Source: Cyanobacteria bacterium P01_A01_bin.123
Lineage (GTDB): Bacteria > Cyanobacteriota > Cyanobacteriia > Phormidesmidales > Phormidesmidaceae
Assembly (NCBI GenBank): GCA_039815185.1
Contig: JBCBZT010000094.1
Span: 1 to 17,575, forward strand
DNA: 17,575 nucleotides
Direction: 5' to 3'
Positions 9,478-15,679 of the stretch are shown here, one piece after another. The notes under the pieces were generated by a model that was not told the DNA's origin, did not search any database, and saw nothing but the letters and a program-made list of their open reading frames with translations. A program made the position numbers and the translations under genes. Position 1 is the stretch's first letter. Each line of letters begins with the position of its first letter.

Positions 9478-9522
9478 GGCTAGGACGGGGCTCCAGAGAA
9501 CGTCTGGTTATAGACAATAGTG

Positions 9523-9542
9523 TTATTGAGATTTATTTGCAA
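9523..9542. promoter_or_regulatory. Fur-box-like site upstream of the minus-strand TPR gene
   Basis: TTAT-TGAGATT-T-ATTTGCA-A; 14/16 identical to the reverse complement of 9629-9644. Confidence 0.6.
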
Positions 9543-9617
9543 CTAATTTTGACAAAATCCACAGCTTGGAGCACGGGGGAATAGGTGCTCCATCAGCAAC
9601 ACTTGCAATATATTTTA

Positions 9618-9657
9618 ATAAATTCTTATTGACAATAAATCTCATTTAAATCAAGCT
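9618..9657 (+). promoter_or_regulatory. psbE-operon promoter with overlapping Fur-like box
   Basis: Perfect TTGACA (9629-9634)-N17-CAAGCT (9652-9657); TGACAAT-A-AATCTCA (9630-9644) overlaps the -35; AT-rich ATAAATTCTTATT upstream. Confidence 0.65.
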
Positions 9658-9679
9658 AATGTCATCGTGAAGCGGCGCT

Positions 9680-9731
9680 ACATTGATGCCTGGGGTAGGA
9701 CAATCGATGCCTGGGGTGGAACATTCGATGC
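9680..9731 (+). repeat. 21-bp-period tandem repeat, about 2.5 copies, in the psbE leader
   Basis: GATGCCTGGGGT at 9685 and 9706, third partial GATGC at 9727. Confidence 0.85.
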
Positions 9732-9798
9732 TAAATAAGATATTTCAAGAGCGCTACAGCGAGTTTAAGTACAGAAGCTTTGAAATAGGAGCAATGAG

Positions 9799-10077
9799 AT
9801 GGCAGGTAACACTGGAGAGCGTCCTTTATACGACATCGTGACTGATCCGCAGTTTTGGTTACTGCATATTGTGAATTTTCCGGCTGTATTTATCTCGGGA
9901 TGGCTGTTTGTTAGTACGGGGCTTGCCTATGATGCATTTGGGACACCCCGCCCCAATGAATACTACTCGCCGGCTCGAATCAGTGCTCCGATTGTGACGA
10001 ATCGCGATGGCGCAAAACAGCAACTTGATCAGTATTTTGAACAGCAATCTGAACGGTCAGCACCACCCATTAAATAA
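9799..10077 (+). CDS. psbE: Cytochrome b559 alpha subunit, divergent paralogue
   Basis: TGERP…H23…[23 protein letters not shown]…R..AKQQ signature; heme-ligand His23 retained; AGGAG 7 nt upstream. Confidence 0.95.
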   Translation: MAGNTGERPLYDIVTDPQFWLLHIVNFPAVFISGWLFVSTGLAYDAFGTPRPNEYYSPARISAPIVTNRDGAKQQLDQYFEQQSERSAPPIK

Positions 10078-10099
10078 AGATTTAGGAGACTTTAATCAT

Positions 10100-10387
10100 A
10101 TGACATCAAACACTGAAATCAATAAGTTCGAGATAGAGTATCCCATTTACACGATTCGATGGTTGTCCATTCATGCCTTAGGTGTGCCAACGGTTTGGTT
10201 TTTAGGCGCTATTGCCGCGATGCAATTTATCACGCGCGAAGATCAATTACCTGTCAAGATTGAGTTGTTTGGTCTCGATTCACGAGTATCGCTAGTGTTA
10301 ATACCGCTAGCTATTTCTGTGGTTTGGAATGTAATTTATTTTGGCAAACCAACACTGCAAGAAATCAAAAAGTTTCTGACACGTTAA
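10100..10387 (+). CDS. psbF: Cytochrome b559 beta subunit fused to a C-terminal PsbY-like domain (95 aa)
   Basis: Residues 1-46 are PsbF ([33 protein letters not shown]); residues 60-95 carry the PsbY pattern D-x-R-x6-P-x6-W ([34 protein letters not shown]); AGGAG at 10084-10088 supports ATG 10100 over the track's 10007. Confidence 0.92.
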   Translation: MTSNTEINKFEIEYPIYTIRWLSIHALGVPTVWFLGAIAAMQFITREDQLPVKIELFGLDSRVSLVLIPLAISVVWNVIYFGKPTLQEIKKFLTR

Positions 10388-10412
10388 AATGATCGGTTTA
10401 TTCATCGTGATC

Positions 10413-10441
10413 TAGCTAGAGCATGAATAGCTAGAGCATGA
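10413..10441 (+). repeat. 14-bp direct repeat, 2 copies
   Basis: TAGCTAGAGCATGA at 10413 and 10428. Confidence 0.85.
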
Positions 10442-10445
10442 TCTA

Positions 10446-10474
10446 ATCTCAAGCAATATCAATTGGCTTGAGAT
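10446..10474 (+). other. Intergenic stem-loop between psbF-psbY and the heme oxygenase gene
   Basis: ATCTCAAGC-N11-GCTTGAGAT; followed by an A run rather than a U tract. Confidence 0.65.
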
Positions 10475-10510
10475 AAAAAACGCATTGATTAGTTCAAGAA
10501 GGATCAAATA

Positions 10511-11227
10511 ATGAGTTCTAATTTAGCAACAAAATTACGTGTAGGCACGAAAAAAGCCCACACAATGGCTGAGAACGTTGGATTTGTTAAGTGCTTTCTC
10601 AAAGGAGTTGTAGAGAAAAAATCCTATCGAATCTTAGTTTCTAATTTTTACTTCGTTTATTCGGAGATGGAAGATCAGATGCATCGACATAAAGAACATC
10701 CAGTGCTTAGCAAGATTTATTTTCCCCTGCTGAATCGGCGCAGCAGTCTAGAAAAAGATCTAAGTTTTTACTATGGTGCTGACTGGCAGAAAAATGTAGC
10801 TGCGTCCCCAGCAGCGCAGGCCTATGTTCAAAGAATCCAAAATCTATCCCATACAGAACCTGAACTATTAATTGCCCATGCATATACCCGGTATATGGGA
10901 GATTTATCAGGTGGACAGATTCTCAAAGAAATTGCTCAACGCGCCATGAATTTATCGGGTGGGCAAGGTACAGAATTTTATGAATTTAAGGATATTGCCG
11001 ATGAAAAGCAGTTTAAAGCGCTCTATCGGCAGCGATTAAATGAGCTATCCTTCGACGAAACAATGGTAAATCGGATTATGGATGAAGCTAATATAGCTTT
11101 TGAAATGAATATGAAGTTATTTCAAGAGTTAGAAGGCAGCATGATCAAAGCAATTGGACAACTCTTGTTTAATACCTTAACTCGCCGTCGCGATCGCGGC
11201 AGCACAGAGTTAGTCACAGCTGACTAA
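10511..11227 (+). CDS. ho1: Heme oxygenase (biliverdin-producing, cyanobacterial HO1 type)
   Basis: MSSNLATKLRVGTKKAHTMAENVGFVKCFLKG (proximal His), AHAYTRYMGDLSGGQIL, EANIAFEMNMKLFQEL. Confidence 0.95.
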   Translation: MSSNLATKLRVGTKKAHTMAENVGFVKCFLKGVVEKKSYRILVSNFYFVYSEMEDQMHRHKEHPVLSKIYFPLLNRRSSLEKDLSFYYGADWQKNVAASPAAQAYVQRIQNLSHTEPELLIAHAYTRYMGDLSGGQILKEIAQRAMNLSGGQGTEFYEFKDIADEKQFKALYRQRLNELSFDETMVNRIMDEANIAFEMNMKLFQELEGSMIKAIGQLLFNTLTRRRDRGSTELVTAD

Positions 11228-11240
11228 GTCTAAATATACC

Positions 11241-11273
11241 CACTCCAGATCTAAAGTTTTAAGGTCTGGAGTG
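11241..11273 (+). other. Strong stem-loop after the heme oxygenase gene (mRNA stabiliser or partial terminator)
   Basis: CACTCCAGATCT-N9-AGGTCTGGAGTG, 12-bp stem with one G:U pair, no U tract. Confidence 0.7.
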
Positions 11274-11316
11274 AAACAAAGTTTAGATCATTTTTAGCGA
11301 TAGAGATTTAAAAGAC

Positions 11317-11910
11317 ATGATTGCTCGATATTTTAATCAGCTTACCATCCTATTTCTAGTTTTGATGTTGGGTCTAGCAATTGGTATAGCACCTGCTTTT
11401 GCAACTACTTTCTCATTTAAGACCGAGGGCATTGCTAAACGAGATGGACTGCTGACAGGTCAGCTGGTGTTTAGTCACTCAGCATTGCAAGCGGCAATTC
11501 GTGACATGCCAAACCGACAGGGTGCGACTACTCCAATTCCTCTAAGCAAAATTGAGGGGGCTGAATTTAGCATGATGTATATTTCACCCTATTCGGGAGT
11601 TAAACACACGGAAGCAACGCTATGCGGGAAAGAAGTCTATGACATCAATGGTTTTGAAGAAAAACCGCTATCGGGTGGAACTGAACCTATGCTAGTGCTT
11701 TCAAGCGCTGGACAGCCTGAATTCATTGATTTTAATTCATGTGTAGGGCAAGCAGGTAGTGTTTCTTCGGAAATTTCACAGCTTGATCCTAGAGTGATAT
11801 TTAGTACAGTTGAATCATTGTTTGGAAAATTAAGTGTGTTTGATAAGGATGTAATGGGCAACATGCTTTACAAAAAGATTCAAACGATTAAGTTCACATT
11901 AAAACCATAA
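11317..11910 (+). CDS. Hypothetical exported (periplasmic or lumenal) protein
   Basis: 197-aa ORF, Sec-type signal peptide ending APAFA, two Cys; no family recognised. Confidence 0.8.
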   Translation: MIARYFNQLTILFLVLMLGLAIGIAPAFATTFSFKTEGIAKRDGLLTGQLVFSHSALQAAIRDMPNRQGATTPIPLSKIEGAEFSMMYISPYSGVKHTEATLCGKEVYDINGFEEKPLSGGTEPMLVLSSAGQPEFIDFNSCVGQAGSVSSEISQLDPRVIFSTVESLFGKLSVFDKDVMGNMLYKKIQTIKFTLKP

Positions 11911-11947
11911 CGCTTGCTCTACTTCTTTAAATTGCTGGGAGAAGGCT

Positions 11948-12664
11948 ATGAAAACGGCTATAGGATTCTGGATGGCAGTAATCTTGACCGGGTTAGGGTT
12001 GCTGTTAGCTCAACCTGCTTATGCCTCTGATATTCAAGGTTGCCATCTGCTCAGTTCAAACGGCTTTCGCCCAGCCAAAATTAGTGCTTACTTACCGAAA
12101 GCTCATCTTGATCAGTTAAAGTTTGCGTTCGTAACGGGTGAATTAGAATCTCCCAAACCTGGAATGCACCATTATTTGGAGTCGTTGAAGCAGCCAAAGG
12201 TGGCTGCCTTAAAGCGCTCAATTTCAGCTAATCCACATAACATCGCAGCCTGGAATAATTTGGGCCATGAGCTCTTTAGCCTAAAGCACTATGCGGAAGC
12301 ACTGGCAATTTATGATCATGCATTGATGATTAGTCCAAAATATTCCTTGGGCTTAGCTAATCGATGTGGGGTGCTGAGTAAGTTAGGGAAATATGCTCAA
12401 GCGCTTAGATCTTGTAATTTAGCGCTTGTAGGAGATGGGCGTTGGGGAGTTCAAGGATCAGAGTTAGCTTGGGATAATCGAGGGGATGTTTTATTCAATC
12501 TACAACGATATTCAGAATCTCTACGTTCATTTGAACAGGCATTGATCATTAATTCAAACTACAAAAATGCACAGCTCAATCAGATAATTGTGTCGAATTA
12601 TTTAGCACAAATTTTAGACAAAATAAATGAAGAAAACCATGTTCGATCTTTCAAACCTGATTGA
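11948..12664 (+). CDS. Exported tetratricopeptide-repeat protein
   Basis: Signal peptide ending AQPAYA; TPRs AWNNLG…ALAIYDHAL, ANRCGVL…, AWDNRGDVL…FEQALIIN; GGGAGAAGG upstream. Confidence 0.88.
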   Translation: MKTAIGFWMAVILTGLGLLLAQPAYASDIQGCHLLSSNGFRPAKISAYLPKAHLDQLKFAFVTGELESPKPGMHHYLESLKQPKVAALKRSISANPHNIAAWNNLGHELFSLKHYAEALAIYDHALMISPKYSLGLANRCGVLSKLGKYAQALRSCNLALVGDGRWGVQGSELAWDNRGDVLFNLQRYSESLRSFEQALIINSNYKNAQLNQIIVSNYLAQILDKINEENHVRSFKPD

Positions 12665-12743
12665 TTTACGACTTTTGTTGATGCTCTCGCCAATTACAAC
12701 CGCGATCGCCTGGACAATGTTTATTCGGAGCTGTTTTATTTGA
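12639..12743 (+). CDS. Small PsbY-like membrane peptide (34 aa; possibly C-terminally frameshifted)
   Basis: Hand translation MFDLSNLIDLRLLLMLSPITTAIAWTMFIRSCFI*; D-x-R-x6-P-x6-W-x-x-F PsbY pattern; overlaps the end of the TPR gene; below the track's length cutoff. Confidence 0.6.
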   Translation: MFDLSNLIDLRLLLMLSPITTAIAWTMFIRSCFI

Positions 12744-12805
12744 ACTCTAATCCAGATCATATCTGTGAAGACGACTGAACTCTGCCGTTAGTGCTGATCT
12801 TGCGT

Positions 12806-13198
12806 TTAAGGGATGTGGCTTGCCCTCAGTTGAAAGATATTGCCTTCGGGATCGTAGCCGTCGCAGACCAAGTTCTGATTAAATATCCATGCCTTATCTG
12901 CATCATTAACAAACCCCCCATTATCCTTAGCTAGGTTCCGTGCCGTTTGAAGATTATTGACAAAGAATACGGGTTTTATGGGTGTGTTTTCTCTGCGTGT
13001 AGGCGGATCATTAATTGAAATATTTTGGGTGATGGAGGCAGGCGCTTGCAAAATGACCAACTCAAATCCCTCTGAGGCCATCAAGATAAATTCATGATCA
13101 TGCTCTGTGATTTCAAGTTGCAGAACAGCTGAGTAAAACTGAGCCAGCTTTTTATAGTCTTTGGCATAAATTACTAAAGCTGAAGCTTGATGATTCAT
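12806..13198 (-). CDS. VOC / glyoxalase-bleomycin-resistance family protein
   Basis: VIYAKDYKKLAQFYSAVL…DPEGNIFQL fold signature. Confidence 0.85.
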   Translation of the reverse strand: MNHQASALVIYAKDYKKLAQFYSAVLQLEITEHDHEFILMASEGFELVILQAPASITQNISINDPPTRRENTPIKPVFFVNNLQTARNLAKDNGGFVNDADKAWIFNQNLVCDGYDPEGNIFQLRASHIP

Positions 13199-13222
13199 GA
13201 TTGGAACTTCCTAACTCAAAAT

Positions 13223-13639
13223 TCAATCTTCACACAAGGCAACTCCATCACTGGGGTTATGGGTTGATGTCCCCATGCGTAAGCGATGGCCATCTGGGTC
13301 TTCAACGTTCATCTCTCTCATACCCCAAGAGAAGTTAGTGGGTGCTTGACGAATGATGGCTCCTTTAGACTTGTAGACTTCATACAGCTCATCAACATTT
13401 TCTACAAAGATTGATATCCAAGTCCCTGGTTGACCTTGCCCGCCCTGACATAAGAAGATACAAACCTCATCTCTTGATAGGGATGCAAAAGTAGGTGGAT
13501 CTCCCCAATCCCAATCTTGTTTGAAACCAAGGATATTCACGTAATAGTTGATGCTGTCAGGGATGCTCTTGACGCTCAGTATTGGTGTTAGGCCCTCAAA
13601 CTTGCATTGAGGGATAGTTTCGCTGCTTATTTCTGTCAT
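13223..13639 (-). CDS. VOC / bleomycin-resistance-like protein
   Basis: PILSVKSIPDSINYYVNILGF…WGMREMNVEDPDGHRLR. Confidence 0.9.
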   Translation of the reverse strand: MTEISSETIPQCKFEGLTPILSVKSIPDSINYYVNILGFKQDWDWGDPPTFASLSRDEVCIFLCQGGQGQPGTWISIFVENVDELYEVYKSKGAIIRQAPTNFSWGMREMNVEDPDGHRLRMGTSTHNPSDGVALCED

Positions 13640-13648
13640 AGTGGCTGC

Positions 13649-14017
13649 TCAGGTGCTAATGGCATTCGTAAATGTCAGCCTATTGCCAAAAGGGTCAGTG
13701 ACTGACATATCTCTGCTACCCCAGGGGGTTTCTTCGATAGCGGGTCGAAAGTGTCGATAGTTTTTGGCAATCAGCTCTTGGTGGAACGCATCTAGCTCAT
13801 TTGATTCAATTCTCATGGCTGAACCGGGGCAGCAATCGCCATAGTGCTCTGATAGGTGAAGGACACAGCCATTCCTTGAAACTTGCATATAGAGGGGAAA
13901 ATTTGCTTCAAAACGATGCTCCCAATCAACACTGAAACCCAGAAAATCGACATAAAATTCTTTGGCTTTGGCCTCATCGAACATTCGGATAATAGGTGTC
14001 GTTTTTAAAAACTTCAT
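13649..14017 (-). CDS. Glyoxalase superfamily (bleomycin-resistance-like) protein
   Basis: PIIRMFDEAKAKEFYVDFLGFSVDWEHRF…LHLSEH…PWGSRDMSVTDPFGNRL. Confidence 0.9.
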   Translation of the reverse strand: MKFLKTTPIIRMFDEAKAKEFYVDFLGFSVDWEHRFEANFPLYMQVSRNGCVLHLSEHYGDCCPGSAMRIESNELDAFHQELIAKNYRHFRPAIEETPWGSRDMSVTDPFGNRLTFTNAIST

Positions 14018-14100
14018 TCTGATAAACTCCTATTTTGTGGTTTATTTGATGCTTTTAGAAAACAGACAAACCAGTAGTTTTATAATTAGGATTGATCAAG

Positions 14101-14592
14101 CTATTGTGAGGCCATGTCTAAGGCAGCTCGAATTTTCTCAGCGGCTGCGTCTAGCGCTTCCCGTGGAGGAAGCTGAAAATATCGATCGGCAAACTTGAGC
14201 CCAAAGCCGTCATCTCGATATCTCGGGAAAACATGCAAATGAACATGGGGAACTTCCTGCCCTGCCGCTGCCCCATCGGCAACGAAAAAATTCACGCCCT
14301 CACACTGCAAGCCTGAATCGCGAATCGCCTGCGCAACTCGTCGCCCGACTAGAAAAAGGCGATTGGCTGTTTCATGATCAAGTTGGTGTAAAAACTGAAC
14401 TGCCTGCTTTGGAACAACTAAAACATGACCTGGGTTGACGGGTTGAATATCCATGAAGGCAACAACCAAACTATCTTGGTAAACCCAAGAAACGGGCGCA
14501 CTACCCGCAATGATGTCGTCAAATACGTTTTTCGTTTTAATCAACCATTGGTCACTGGCTAGGGGCGGTTCATTCACGGGGCAGTACCTCAC
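14101..14592 (-). CDS. HIT-family nucleotide hydrolase
   Basis: AFMDIQPVNPGHVLVVPK and histidine triad AGQEVPHVHLHVFPR; true start may lie downstream of the GTG at 14592. Confidence 0.92.
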   Translation of the reverse strand: MRYCPVNEPPLASDQWLIKTKNVFDDIIAGSAPVSWVYQDSLVVAFMDIQPVNPGHVLVVPKQAVQFLHQLDHETANRLFLVGRRVAQAIRDSGLQCEGVNFFVADGAAAGQEVPHVHLHVFPRYRDDGFGLKFADRYFQLPPREALDAAAEKIRAALDMASQ

Positions 14593-14615
14593 TCAACTCA
14601 ATTTGAAGGTTGGGC

Positions 14616-14641
14616 TTTTGAACCAATATTTTGAACCAATA
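14616..14641. repeat. Perfect 13-bp tandem duplication
   Basis: TTTTGAACCAATA x2. Confidence 0.85.
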
Positions 14642-14717
14642 CGTAACCTATTTAGTATATGAGTACTATACCGGATGTTTGCTATGCAGGGGGATGATGA
14701 TCTATGAGGAATTCTTG

Positions 14718-15413
14718 TTATTTAAGAACCATGGCCACCAACTTTTGGCGATCGCGAATGGTGATAGTCCCTCCCCGCTGATAGCGCACCGCAGGCTGGA
14801 GCTGTTTGAATAGACGGACACATTCTTCGTAGGTGATGCCAATGCTGCGGGCAATTTGATAATGGGTCAGTTGCGATCGCAATCTTTCCCCATCGGTCAC
14901 TAGCTCAGTACCATAGTCTACGGCCACCTGTTCGAGGTAGTGAATCACCCGCACCATAGCCCGTTCGGATACCAGGCTATGAACTCGGTTGTGGAGTTGT
15001 TGCAACCTTTGATTGAGCGCCACGAACAGCTGCAAAGCCAGCTCGGGATTTTGAGAAAATCCCTCCACTAACGCATTTTTCTCTAACATCAGTACCACGG
15101 CTGGTTCGATAGCAGTGGCGGTAGCGGGGGCTTTCCCGTTACCCAACAAGGCGGGTGCAGCAAACACTTCTCCAGCCAGAAGGATGCGTAAAATCGTTTC
15201 TTTGCCCGATTCGCTTACCCTGGCAATCCGCAAGCGTCCCGACACCAACACATGTAGGCACGCAGGCAGTTCATCTGCCTCATGAAACACGACCTCGTCT
15301 GTGGCGTAATGTTTTAAGGCACTGTGCGCTGCTAGTTGAGTGAGCAGCGAGGACTCCAAATTGGCAAACAGTGAGATTTGTCGAAGCTGTTCGCCATCAG
15401 CCAGACTTGACAT
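14718..15413 (-). CDS. Crp/Fnr-family transcriptional regulator
   Basis: cNMP-binding-like beta barrel (LRQISLFANL…VLVSGRLRIARVSESGKETILRIL…GEVF), C-terminal HTH (LTHYQIARSIGITYEECVRLFKQL); no FNR-type Cys cluster. Confidence 0.92.
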   Translation of the reverse strand: MSSLADGEQLRQISLFANLESSLLTQLAAHSALKHYATDEVVFHEADELPACLHVLVSGRLRIARVSESGKETILRILLAGEVFAAPALLGNGKAPATATAIEPAVVLMLEKNALVEGFSQNPELALQLFVALNQRLQQLHNRVHSLVSERAMVRVIHYLEQVAVDYGTELVTDGERLRSQLTHYQIARSIGITYEECVRLFKQLQPAVRYQRGGTITIRDRQKLVAMVLK

Positions 15414-15454
15414 GGACTTAACCCAGATGGTTGCTAAGGGTTCATTAGCACAAA

Positions 15455-15469
15455 TGCAAATAATTGCTA
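15455..15469. promoter_or_regulatory. Fur/PerR-like box upstream of the Crp/Fnr gene
   Basis: TGCAAAT-A-ATTGCTA; its reverse complement shares the ATTTGCA half with the box at 9527. Confidence 0.4.
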
Positions 15470-15611
15470 TTAATCCGTTCTTATCAGGACTTTAACGCAT
15501 TGACTCAAAAATCTGGCCAGATTGTTTAATGTCCTGAATATTGCTGGGATACTGCGTTGACCGGCAATCTGGCTTGCAGTCAGTCCTATCTAACCAAATC
15601 TGTGACTGCTA

Positions 15612-15654
15612 TATGAGCTACCTCATAGAAGCGGCTGAGCGGCTTTGTCAGACT
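15612..15654 (+). promoter_or_regulatory. Crp/Fnr-type operator and class II promoter
   Basis: Perfect palindrome TATGAG-CTAC-CTCATA (TATGA-N6-TCATA, 15612-15627) centred 41.5 bp upstream of the +1 implied by TG-t-CAGACT (15649-15654). Confidence 0.7.
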
Positions 15655-15679
15655 GGAGTCAAATTTCTAGGTGAACGCC

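Noticed and set aside
9680..9731. Mini CRISPR array
   Set aside because: Period of only 21 bp, no unique spacers of suitable length, no cas genes
9794..9841. Out-of-frame ATG upstream of psbE as a regulatory uORF
   Set aside because: Only 2 nt from the AGGAG site, while the psbE ATG is at a favourable 7 nt
10007..10099. N-terminal extension of psbF in the ORF track (126 aa)
   Set aside because: It overlaps psbE in another frame; ATG 10100 has an AGGAG site and gives a typical MTSN start
10388..10510. Possible psbL or psbJ after psbF
   Set aside because: No PsbL-like (ELNRTSLY) or PsbJ-like (GRIPLW) sequence seen; the region holds a repeat and a hairpin
11317..11600. Resemblance of the unknown exported protein to the N-terminus of the PEP-CTERM protein
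   Set aside because: Only a generic beta-strand pattern; not supportable by eye, and it has no PEP-CTERM tail
14500..14545. HIT protein lacking the N-terminal CxxC (NVFDD)
   Set aside because: Cys-less variants are common in the HIT family, and the catalytic triad is intact
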